Assembly: GCA_964495315.1 (NCBI GenBank)
Contig: CAZBVH010000001.1
Location: 11,248-75,247 of the forward strand
From: an uncultured Candidatus Bathyarchaeia archaeon
Lineage (GTDB): Archaea > Thermoproteota > Bathyarchaeia > RBG-16-48-13 > GCA-020345945
Length of the DNA stretch: 64,000 nucleotides
Reading direction: 5' to 3'
Made by a program: the position numbers and the translations under genes. The notes below the pieces were generated by a model, which saw nothing but the letters and a program-made list of their open reading frames with translations, was not told the DNA's origin and searched no databases. How positions within the stretch are numbered: the first letter of the stretch is position 1; each line of letters opens with the position of its first letter. Below are positions 49,272 to 60,409 of the stretch, in pieces.

Positions 49272-49394
49272 AACCTCTAACGGAAAGGTTTAGCCTCGAG
49301 CAGAAAAGGCTAACCCAAGCTCGCACCTATGCGCCTGCTTGGTGGGCAAGGGTATGCTGAGGGCCCTATCATGCTATGGATTGATAGGAGGTGT

Positions 49395-50576
49395 TCACTC
49401 TTCGCCTGTCTCTTCAGGCTCGCCCGGAGGGACCTCGTATAGCCCTGCGCCGCGACGACGCCCCCATGGGCTTGAACGTGCTTCAGGGGAGGGTTTCTCA
49501 ACGAGGAATCGCTCTAGCTTCCTGTCGTCGATAGTCATACCTAGGCCTGGGGAGTCGCCTAGGACAATCCATCCGTCCTCGATCCGATTGTCCACCTGCA
49601 TGACCACGTCTCTGCCCACGTCCACGACTTCCATCATCATGTGATTGGGCAGGGCTGCAGCTAGGTGTGCCATGTATTTTCCGGGGCAGTTCATCATCGA
49701 GACAGGGAGCTCGAAGGCGTAGGCCAGGTCTGCTACCTGCATCGCGCCCGTAATCCCTGATGTGCCAGATCCTATCTCAACCACGTCTACCGCCTCGTTG
49801 GCGATGAGGGGGGTGAACTCGCTGATCTCGTCTAGGTTCTCCCCTGTGGCAACCGCGGCTCTTATACTCTGAGAGACTTTACGGAGGCCGCGGTAGTCCC
49901 ACCGGCGGGCCGGTTCCTCGGCCCAGGTGATCTCGTAGTGCTCCTCAATCCGCCTTATGTTCCGGATTGCCTGTTTGGGCGACCAGTACTCGTTCGCATC
50001 GATGAGCAGGATAGGCTTCTTACCAGACTTGGAGAGCGCATCCCTCATTATGCCTATGCGCCGGATATCTGTCTCCCGGTCCAGACCGACCTTCAACTTG
50101 CCCGCCGAGATACCCCTCCGAGCCATGCCCTCGTAGAAGGTTTGCAGCTCCTCGTCTGAGAGGGGCATATCGATACCGCTGGCATAAGCCTTCACCATCC
50201 GCGTGGAGGCTCCCAGCGTCTTCCAGAGCGGTTCATCCTTTGCCTTGGCCTTCAGATCCCAGAGCGCTACATCAATTGCGGAGAGTGCGTCGTTGGCGAC
50301 TCCACGGTTCCCGCCTTTGAAGACAAAGTCTACCATCCTCTTCCAGAGTCCTCGCACACCCCTCGGATCCCGCCCTAGAAGCAAGTCTTCCACCATCGAG
50401 TGTATGTGACCTCTCGCACTGGGCGATCCCAGAGAGATGCCTGTGATGCCTTCATCGGTATCGATGAAGACGGCTAGACTCGCAGCCTTTTTCCTTCCTG
50501 TGGGACTGTTGGCGTCACCAAGGCGCCTCGTCATCTCAATCTCATACAGCTTGGTTCTTACGCCGGTTATCTTCAT
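49395..50576 (-). CDS. Mandelate racemase/muconate lactonizing enzyme family protein
   Basis: A.SAID.ALWDL.AK, AYASG, KLKVG, DANE, EEP, TGEN. Confidence 0.9.
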   Translation of the reverse strand: MKITGVRTKLYEIEMTRRLGDANSPTGRKKAASLAVFIDTDEGITGISLGSPSARGHIHSMVEDLLLGRDPRGVRGLWKRMVDFVFKGGNRGVANDALSAIDVALWDLKAKAKDEPLWKTLGASTRMVKAYASGIDMPLSDEELQTFYEGMARRGISAGKLKVGLDRETDIRRIGIMRDALSKSGKKPILLIDANEYWSPKQAIRNIRRIEEHYEITWAEEPARRWDYRGLRKVSQSIRAAVATGENLDEISEFTPLIANEAVDVVEIGSGTSGITGAMQVADLAYAFELPVSMMNCPGKYMAHLAAALPNHMMMEVVDVGRDVVMQVDNRIEDGWIVLGDSPGLGMTIDDRKLERFLVEKPSPEARSSPWGRRRGAGLYEVPPGEPEETGEE

Positions 50577-50622
50577 AATTCCCCTCCTCACAAAATGATC
50601 CTGACATGGTTCAAGCAGTCTG

Positions 50623-52068
50623 CTAGTCGAATTGCAGACCTATTTCCTCCAAGTACTTCACGGCTTCCCTACGGCCGCTGAGGAACCTATCGGTCGGCTT
50701 CTGCTTGACATAGTCGTAACAGGCCAGATGAGGCTTGAAGAAGGATTCAGGCTCTGAGTATATGAGTATCCTTCTATCTCTGCTGAAGTCGGTCGATTGA
50801 AGCTTCTCCCTTCGAATCCGCCCCAGCATCTCGTCCAGGTCAGCCAGCTTGATCCTAGCCTTCAATGCCGCGTCGGAGACCTCGATCCCCCAGCTCACTA
50901 AAGGTGGTGGAGGGGTCCAGACGTAGAAGAGGTTGCCTCCCATCACCATTCCTCCTATGGTGCTGACAGCTGTGTACAGGATGTTCTCCACTGAAGCCAG
51001 GTCCTCTGCCTGTCCGCCGCTTCCACCGCTCGCCATCTCTATCGTGTTCTTGTGCCTGCGGAGGGCTTTCCTCATCGCGAAGCCGCACCAGGAGGCAGTC
51101 TTCTCGCCACCCCAAACATCCCATGACTCGCTCTTCTCCATGGGCTGCATGGAGCTGCGCCGCAGCTTCTCCAAGCCTGCCATATACTGGACGGAGTCGT
51201 GGTAGATCATCCAGGCTGCGATATTCCTGACGATGCCCTCTATCATGGCTCCCTCCCAGCCGCCGGCGAAGCCGCCTACCGACCCACCTGTACCCCCATT
51301 CATGCCGAAGCAACCATACTCATCAAAGTATATTGCTGCGGCGAGAAGGGTGGTCTCGACCTTCAGGTCAGGCAGGACAGAGAGGAGCAGCCCGTCGCTC
51401 GACCTGAGCCCCCTCTCCTCATCCTTAGGGGCAATCAGGGCCTCGGTGGTAGTGAGGATGGGATAGTTGCAGAGGGCAAGGCCGGCTCTCCCTGCGAGTC
51501 TCACACCTATCCTAGCCCTCTCGACCGCCTTTCGGGCCGCGTAGACGACCATCGGTGTGCCGTGAACCTCTCTCCCCATGATCCTGTGGTAGTTGAAGGT
51601 CTCCAGATAGTCGATCCTAGGTATCCTAACGAGTTCCTTAATCATGTTCTCAAGGGGCATGAGCACCTCATTCCAAGCGCTGTGACCTCCAACAACTATG
51701 TTCCTAGGTCTAGGGTCCTCAATCTCTCTCTTTGCCAGGGTTCGAGCATCCTTTTCCGTCCCCACGGTTATCTGGCTGGGGGCTTCCTTGCATGCCTCCC
51801 TTACCTCCTCCTCCGTGAATTGTATCGCTCTATTCGTGTTGATGCAGTAGACTCCCCTCTCAGAGAGGTACCCCACGGCTGCGTCGAAGAGCTGATCTGC
51901 GTAGGCGTTGTCAACGTCATAGAATCTCTCGTGTTCCCCCACCTTCAGCCCGTACTTCTCGGAGAGTTCCTGCATCTTCCGGAACATACCCATGTTCCAC
52001 TCTTTCTCATCCATCTTGGGTCCGTTCTGGGCCCTCTCAGCAACCTCAATCAGACTGATCGTGAGCAT
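50623..52068 (-). CDS. mtmB: Monomethylamine:corrinoid methyltransferase MtmB homolog lacking pyrrolysine
   Basis: ERA..GPKM.E.EW, AD.LF.AA..YL...GVYC..T.R.IQF.EEE, GG.AGG.EG, CYD....KP. Uninterrupted ORF with no in-frame TAG. Confidence 0.8.
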   Translation of the reverse strand: MLTISLIEVAERAQNGPKMDEKEWNMGMFRKMQELSEKYGLKVGEHERFYDVDNAYADQLFDAAVGYLSERGVYCINTNRAIQFTEEEVREACKEAPSQITVGTEKDARTLAKREIEDPRPRNIVVGGHSAWNEVLMPLENMIKELVRIPRIDYLETFNYHRIMGREVHGTPMVVYAARKAVERARIGVRLAGRAGLALCNYPILTTTEALIAPKDEERGLRSSDGLLLSVLPDLKVETTLLAAAIYFDEYGCFGMNGGTGGSVGGFAGGWEGAMIEGIVRNIAAWMIYHDSVQYMAGLEKLRRSSMQPMEKSESWDVWGGEKTASWCGFAMRKALRRHKNTIEMASGGSGGQAEDLASVENILYTAVSTIGGMVMGGNLFYVWTPPPPLVSWGIEVSDAALKARIKLADLDEMLGRIRREKLQSTDFSRDRRILIYSEPESFFKPHLACYDYVKQKPTDRFLSGRREAVKYLEEIGLQFD

Positions 52069-52282
52069 CCCTCCTCTGACCATTGAATTCGCGTTCTCGA
52101 AATTATAAGTTAACGTGCACTTGCCTCAGACTCTTAAGGGGCTGCATACAGGGTGGCTGGATCAGTTGAGGAACAACCTCATGTGCAAGTCTTCTCGACG
52201 GACTAAGCCAACTTGGCGCAGATGATCTACCCTGAGAGGTGCGGAACGCTGGCATTCGCTCAGCTTTGCCGGGTTGAGCCTG

Positions 52283-53161
52283 TCAGCCCGGCTCTACGTT
52301 CAGGAAGATTCGTATCAGAAACCCTATGACAAAGGATAACCCTGCTACTCCCAAGCTGATTAGGGACATCTCTAGAAACCTCCTCCTGAAAGGAATGCTC
52401 CTGGTGACGGATACGTAGAAGGTGAAGAGAAGAATCACGAAGATTCCGCTCAGAATCGAGACTCCGAGGCAGAAGTAGATGTTGGAGAAGAGCAGGAATG
52501 GGGAGATTAAGAGCAAGACCGTGAAGACATAGGCTATGCCTGTATATATCGAGGCCCTAATAGGGTTCCGCTCCCCTCCCTCAGTCTTGACGGATAGGTA
52601 TTCAGACGCAGCCATCGATAGAGATGCAGCGACTCCCGTAATTGAGCCTACCAAGGCGATAAGACCTGCGTTTTGAAGGGCGAGGGTTAGCCCTGCAAGC
52701 GTGCCTGTAAGCTCTACGAGGGCGTCGTTGAGACCGAGAACCACGGAGCCAACGTATCTCAGATGCTCCTCGTCGATCAAGCCTATCAGGCTCTCCTCAT
52801 GTTCACCCTCATCCTCAAGGATGCTTCTAGCTCCATGAAAGGATTCGGTGAACTTTTCATACACTTCCTGAGCTCGTCCCTCATCTCTCTCCATTAGCTT
52901 GACTCCAAAGGTCAAACCAAATATTCTGGCGATGAGGAGGTACTTCCATATCTTCAGCCTGTCTGGGCTCACATCTCTGCGGCTGTGCTTCTTCCAGAAC
53001 TTGTAGTGTCTCAGCTCATCCCTTGAGATGTGTCGCAGAACGTCTCTATTGCGAGGTTCCTTAACCGCATCTGACAGCCTCTCATAGATGAGGTGCTCTG
53101 TGATCTCATTCTTCTGAGCAGCCAACACTGCTCTCTCTGTCTCTCTGTCCGACATTCCCAT
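52283..53161 (-). CDS. Rubrerythrin/ferritin-like domain fused to a VIT1/CCC1 transporter
   Basis: E..E..IY, DE..H, ME..E, DE.EHE diiron motifs, followed by VLGLNDALVELTG...SMAASEYLS. Confidence 0.9.
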   Translation of the reverse strand: MGMSDRETERAVLAAQKNEITEHLIYERLSDAVKEPRNRDVLRHISRDELRHYKFWKKHSRRDVSPDRLKIWKYLLIARIFGLTFGVKLMERDEGRAQEVYEKFTESFHGARSILEDEGEHEESLIGLIDEEHLRYVGSVVLGLNDALVELTGTLAGLTLALQNAGLIALVGSITGVAASLSMAASEYLSVKTEGGERNPIRASIYTGIAYVFTVLLLISPFLLFSNIYFCLGVSILSGIFVILLFTFYVSVTRSIPFRRRFLEMSLISLGVAGLSFVIGFLIRIFLNVEPG

Positions 53162-53371
53162 TCTCGCGGTATTCTTCTCCGTAGATCTCTTTTCAAACTT
53201 CCTAGATTGAACCTGTGCGGTATTCAAGGGTTGAGTTCTCTCCAAAGGATGTCTTGCGAATCGTCTCAAGCTACGAGTGCTGTCTGTATCTCCTCATCAG
53301 CAACCGGAAAGAGAAACGGCTTTCCAAGGAGACAACCCCGAGGAATTGTCGATGATATGTTAATCGGTTGA

Positions 53372-55247
<1,876 letters not shown>

Positions 55248-55255
<8 letters not shown>

Positions 55256-56993
55256 CGCTATCTCCTCCGTTGCCAAGTTGTGACTCGTAGATCTCTTGGT
55301 AGATGGGGCTTGTCTTAATCAGTTCCCTGTGGTTGCCTTCAGCCACGACTCTGCCATGATCCAGTACTACTATCTTGTCCGCTCCGAGTACTGTGCTTAT
55401 GCGTTGTGCTATCACGAAGTTTGTGCGTCCCCTCATCAGTTCATCTAGCTCACGTCGTATCTTGACTTCTGTCTCGACGTCTACTGAGCTTGTGCTGTCG
55501 TCGAGGATCAGGATCTCTGGTTTCACCAAGAGTGCGCGGGCGATCGCGACTCGCTGTCGCTGCCCACCTGAAAGGTTGACTCCTCGTTGTCCAACAGGTG
55601 TATCGTAGCCTTGCGGGAAGCTTGTTATGAACTCGTGAGCTTGGGCTGCTTTCGCTGCGACCATGACCTCCTCATCGGTAGCGTCTTCCCTGCCATACCT
55701 TATGTTGTCCCGTATCGTGCCTGAGAATAGAACGGTCTCTTGGAGGCTTATCCCAATGTGGGCGCGAAGCGATTGCTGTGTTACATCCCTGAGGTCGGTA
55801 CCATCAATAGTTATCCTTCCTCTCGTCACATCGTAGAACCGAGGGATGAGATTGACGAGACTGGTCTTTCCTGAGCCTGTTGAGCCCAAGATGGCGATCG
55901 TCTGCCCTGGCTCAGCCACCAAGTTTATGTCCTCTAGGACGGGGTCTGTGCAGTCCTTGATGTAGCTGAAGCAGACACCCTCGAAGACCACTCTCCCTCT
56001 CACATCTGTCAAGGGTCTGGCGTTGGGTTTGTCCTGTATGTCTGGGATGGAGTCCATGACCTCCATGACTCTCACGGCTGATGCGTTTGCCGCTGATATT
56101 GGACCTGCAATCATAGCCAGCATGAAGAGGGGAAACATCGTTGAGATAAGATAGTTGACGAAGGCCACTATCTCGCCTAAGGTCAGTCTGCCCGCTATGA
56201 TCTGGGATCCTCCGAAGTAGATGATGACCACGATTCCTAAGTTGATGAGCAGTAGCATCATAGGCATAAGGGCCGAGAGTAGCCTGACAACCTTGACCTC
56301 CTGCTCCATAAGGTCATCGTTAGCCGCTCCGAACCTTTTTACCTCGTAGTCTCTCCTAGAGAAAGCTTTGACTACTCTCATACCTGCAAGGTTCTCCTCT
56401 AGGACTTGGTTTAGCCGCTCAAGTCTCTTTTGGATCGCTGCAAACATTGGATGAATCCTTCGGGCGAGGATCGTTGTGAGAAGAAGTATGAATAGCATCA
56501 TGGGGAGTATCATCGTCGCGAGCATGCTGTTCGTTGCTAGCATCAGGATGATGCTCCCTGCTATCATCAGAGGTGCACGGACCAGCATGCGTAGTGAGAT
56601 CTGGACGGCTGCTTGAAGCCGGTTCATGTCGCTGGTGAGGCGCACGATCAGCTCTCCGGTTCGGAAGTCGTCAAGGTTTCTGAAGCTGAAGGTCTGCACC
56701 TTGCGATAGGCTGCGCTGCGGAGGTCTGCGGCGAAACCTTGGGCTGTGCGGACCGAGTAGAAGGTGTTCGCGACTGCCAGTAGGGCGCTAACAATTGAGA
56801 CGCCGATCATGATGAGGCTGGTGTTGGCTATCACCTGCACATTCTTGGTTGCAACACCTTGGTCGACGATCACCTGGACGAGTCTAGGTATCGCCAGATC
56901 CAGAACGACCGTGATAGACAGAAGTGTGACTGCAAGAATTGTATCCCGACTGTAAGGTTTCAGATACCCTAAGGCACGTCTAAGGTCGTTCAT
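55248..56993 (-). CDS. ABC exporter, fused permease/ATPase subunit (degenerate site)
   Basis: GSTGSGKT, LSGGQRQR, LDDSTS (Glu to Asp), AQRIST (His to Gln), as in TM287-type heterodimers. Confidence 0.95.
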
Positions 56994-57517
56994 TCGGGGT
57001 TCTCCAATTGCTTGTTAATCTTCTCGATCTCCTTGGTTGTCTCTTCGAGGATTCCTCGCACTCTCGCAGAGGCTTCCCGATTATCCACTATGAGGGGATT
57101 GATCTTCTCCAACGCGTTTAGAAGTCGGTAGTTAGCTTCGAAGACCTCTTCTCGCATTCCTTGAAAGAGTCTCCAATATATCTTCTGGACGGAATGGTAG
57201 TGGGACTTGATGTGTGTCCATGATCTTTTGCGTTTCTCGACTTCTCTCAGTCCAGCTTGTGTAAGGCTGTATTTCTTGAGTGTTGGAAGGTCAGAGCTTA
57301 CCTGCTCTATCAGTCTCTGCTCCTCCAGTATCGCGAGGAGAGGATACATTGAGCCAGGGCTGGGTCTCCAATCGGTATAATGCTCAATCTCATCCATAAG
57401 CTCCGAGCCTGACATGGACTCCTGCTTCAGGATGTCCAATGTCATATGGTGGAGCATTCCTTTTGGTACACCGATTCCCTTGCCTAGGCGTCTTCTCTGG
57501 CTGCCGCTTCGATGCAT
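56990..57517 (-). CDS. PadR-family transcriptional regulator
   Basis: G.L....L..L...MSG.EL, WRPSPGSMYPLL, K.Y.LT..G. Confidence 0.9.
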   Translation of the reverse strand: MHRSGSQRRRLGKGIGVPKGMLHHMTLDILKQESMSGSELMDEIEHYTDWRPSPGSMYPLLAILEEQRLIEQVSSDLPTLKKYSLTQAGLREVEKRKRSWTHIKSHYHSVQKIYWRLFQGMREEVFEANYRLLNALEKINPLIVDNREASARVRGILEETTKEIEKINKQLENPE

Positions 57518-57530
57518 AAAACATCACGCA

Positions 57531-57570
57531 ATATCGAAACCAATATCGAAATCGATATCCATGATATAAA
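57531..57570 (-). promoter_or_regulatory. Putative PadR operator array next to the TATA box
   Basis: Perfect inverted repeat ATATCGA-AA-TCGATAT (57543-57558). ATATC at 57531, 57543 and 57555 (12-bp period). TTTATATC on the minus strand at 57563-57570. Confidence 0.68.
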
Positions 57571-57678
57571 CTTAATCCCTGAAAGAACTTCTTCAAGGAC
57601 AATAACACGAATCGGAAAATACATACTTCAAACAAACAGTGGTTATCATCTGACCAGGGAACAGCTATCCTGAAGCTT

Positions 57679-57873
57679 CTATGCCAGAACCGCTACCCCT
57701 CTACCGAAATCCCTGACAGTCTTGATCCCTTCCTCATCTTGCACAACGTCTCCCCTACTATCTCCGAATGCCACGCTCCAATACCTAGCCCCAGGGACCA
57801 CCATCTCCACGATCAAGAAGAAGAGGACCTGAGCCAAAGCAAAATTCTGTCCTGCCCTACGAGCGAAATCGCA
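57679..57873 (-). pseudogene. C-terminal remnant of an iron-sulfur flavoprotein/NADPH-dependent FMN reductase family gene
   Basis: ARRAGQNF..AQ..FF....M.VPG..YW.VAFG...G.V..DEEG..T.R.FG. N-terminal two-thirds are absent. Confidence 0.68.
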
Positions 57874-57917
57874 AAAAAGGGGTAAGCGCACACCAATAGA
57901 GTGTAAGGGATAAAGGA

Positions 57918-58919
57918 GTGCTGCTGGTTCAGTTCAAGTCACTCGATAATGTCCGTCATGTTGGACTGGTCAGCAGAGATGGGCGTTCACTGCAGGTCCT
58001 GCGTGCAACGAGAAGCATCTATGACCTAGCCTTGGAGGCAGGGGAGGCGAAGACAGGGCTGGAACGATTAGTCGGGGATCGCATTGGTGACGAGGAAGTC
58101 GACTATGATCAAGTCATCTCGGAGAAGCGCCTCCTCCCGCCTCTCGACCACCCCGACCCCGCCCACTGCTACGTCACTGGCACTGGTCTTACCCATCTTG
58201 GCAGTGCTCAGGCACGCAACACGATGCACGCCAAACTGCAAGATGAACAGGCTCAGTTAACGGACTCGATGAAGATGTTCAAGTTAGGGCTTGAGGGCGG
58301 TAAACCCGCATCCGGCAAGGTGGGTGTCCAACCGGAGTGGTTCTACAAGGGCGACGGCGGCTGCCTCGTCCCTCCTGGACACCCGCTTGAGCTGCCCCCG
58401 TTCGCCCTCGATGGCGGTGAAGAGGCAGAGGTCGTCGGTCTCTACGTCATCTCCCGATCTGGCGATGTTCTGCGCGTGGGCTTTACACTCGGCAACGAGT
58501 TCTCCGACCACGTGCTGGAGCGGAAGAACTACCTCTACCTAGCCCACTCAAAACTTCGCAACTGCTCGATCGGGCCTGAACTGCTGACCGGCGACCTGCC
58601 CACCAGCATCTCTGGCACCGTTCGACTGCTGCGCGGTGGCGATGAGCTGTGGGCAGAGACCTTTCTGACCGGTGAAGCAAACATGTCGCACAGCATCGCC
58701 AACCTCGAGTACCACCACTTCAAGTACGACGGGTTCCGCCGCTCTGGGGATGTACACTGCCACTTCTTCGGTGCGGCTACCCTAAGCTTCTCAGCCGGAG
58801 TCAACGCCAGACCGGGCGACATCTTCGAGATTTCTGCGCCACCATTCAGCCGCCCGTTGATCAATCCACTTGTTGCCAGTGGATTGAGCGGCACTCTGGT
58901 TACAGTGCAGCCGCTTTGA
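57918..58919 (+). CDS. AraD1/GguC family (fumarylacetoacetate-hydrolase-like) sugar-catabolism protein
   Basis: DHPDPAH..VTGTGLTHLGSA..R..MH, QPEWFYKG.G, DGGEE.E, GNEFSDH..E..NYLYLAHSKLR, GE.NMSH...NLE.HHFKY. Confidence 0.88.
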   Translation: MLLVQFKSLDNVRHVGLVSRDGRSLQVLRATRSIYDLALEAGEAKTGLERLVGDRIGDEEVDYDQVISEKRLLPPLDHPDPAHCYVTGTGLTHLGSAQARNTMHAKLQDEQAQLTDSMKMFKLGLEGGKPASGKVGVQPEWFYKGDGGCLVPPGHPLELPPFALDGGEEAEVVGLYVISRSGDVLRVGFTLGNEFSDHVLERKNYLYLAHSKLRNCSIGPELLTGDLPTSISGTVRLLRGGDELWAETFLTGEANMSHSIANLEYHHFKYDGFRRSGDVHCHFFGAATLSFSAGVNARPGDIFEISAPPFSRPLINPLVASGLSGTLVTVQPL

Positions 58920-59147
58920 CTGGTGTCGAGACGCGTTTGCCGGTTCTTTGAACCGGCTGTTCAAAGAAGGATCCTCGGAAGACGATAATTCGTGTCCCCT
59001 TCTTGGTGAGTGGCTCTGGTCACACTTGGTCGCGTGTCGCTAAGAACTGGGTAAAGGATATGTGTCGGCGCGAAACATAAAGTGGAAAAGATGCTGCGAG
59101 ATTGAGGAGGACAATAACGGTTGACGCAGAATGAGAGGTGATGAGTC

Positions 59148-60113
59148 GTGGCCAAGAGTGCAAAGAAGGCGTTCCAGAAGATTGAGGAAAGATATCACGT
59201 ACTGTTTGAGATGATGCGGGATGGTGTCGTATATGTGGACATGGAAGGGCGCATCATTGAGTGCAATCAGGCATACGCAGACATGCTTGGCTATTCCAGA
59301 GACGAATTGAGAGGTGTGACCTATCAAGAACTGACGCCTGAAGAATGGCACGAGATGGAAGATGAGATTGTAAAGGAAGAGATAATGAAAAAAGGCTACT
59401 CCGATCTATACGAGAAAGAATTACTGAGAAAAGACGGAACTGTTTTTCCAGTAAATATTCGAGTTTCGTTGATCAGAGACGAAGACGGACAAGTCGTAGG
59501 AATGTGGCGTATAATCAGAGACATTACCCTGCGGAAGAGTGGAGAGCTGGAGCTGAGAAGAAGTGAGGAGCGCTATCGCAAGCTTTTCGAGTTGTCTCCC
59601 GACGCCATACTGACCTTCAATCTGGCAGGCCTCTGTACATCATTCAATCCTGCTGCGGAAAGGAACTTGGGCTACTCCAAGGAGGAGGTCGTCGGCAGCC
59701 ACATCTCTAAGCTGCCCTTCCTAAGGGCCAGGGACATTCCCAACTATATCAAGGTGTTCAACTCCATCTGGGAAGGGAAAGTGCCAGCGGCGCTTGAGAT
59801 TCCTTATGTGTGCAAAGATGGAAGCTCAGGGTTTGGGGAGGCCAATTTTGGCGTGCTGAAGGAGGACGATAAGATAGTAGGCCTCACAGTTGTAGTGAGA
59901 GATGTCACCGAACGCAAGCAACTGGAAGATCAAGATCGCCTCCTTCACGTCTTTCTGAGACAGGATCTCAAAGGGAAGATCCAAGATATCCAAGGTTTCG
60001 TCGAGCAACTGGGGCGTACAAGCCTCTCCGGAAAGCAGGAGGAATATGTTCAGAGCCTCAAGGAATTGTGCAAAGGAACAGCTGAACTAATAGATAAGAG
60101 TCTACAGACTTAG
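59148..60113 (+). CDS. Tandem PAS-domain sensor with a degenerate dimerization helix and no kinase domain
   Basis: Two PAS/PAC repeats ending in RDIT.RK and RDVTERK. Tail LLHVFLRQDL then a stop. Confidence 0.88.
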   Translation: MAKSAKKAFQKIEERYHVLFEMMRDGVVYVDMEGRIIECNQAYADMLGYSRDELRGVTYQELTPEEWHEMEDEIVKEEIMKKGYSDLYEKELLRKDGTVFPVNIRVSLIRDEDGQVVGMWRIIRDITLRKSGELELRRSEERYRKLFELSPDAILTFNLAGLCTSFNPAAERNLGYSKEEVVGSHISKLPFLRARDIPNYIKVFNSIWEGKVPAALEIPYVCKDGSSGFGEANFGVLKEDDKIVGLTVVVRDVTERKQLEDQDRLLHVFLRQDLKGKIQDIQGFVEQLGRTSLSGKQEEYVQSLKELCKGTAELIDKSLQT

Positions 60114-60409
60114 AGGAGGCAAGGAAGCCGAGGGTAGAACACCTGCTGCTGCGAACGGTGATGCCCAGCGAGAGATCACTAACACGGACTGACATCCTAA
60201 TCGACGTCAATGCCGGAACTCAAAGAACGGTCAGAACCCAGTCTCAGGTTAACTCTCTGCAATCCCCAATCCTCGAGGAAGTGTCACCCTCCTTGCATGC
60301 TGTCAACCTCGGGGGGGAGCCCTGAATTCGAGTTAGTGGCAGGAAATAGTCGATTCTCCATTGCTCCCTTCATGGGTCTTTTGTTTGCTCCGGACCAAGC
60401 TTGGAGGCA

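Noticed and set aside
51199..52086. 295-aa plus-strand ORF
   Set aside because: Entirely antisense to the MtmB homolog with no recognisable motifs. A shadow ORF from codon bias.
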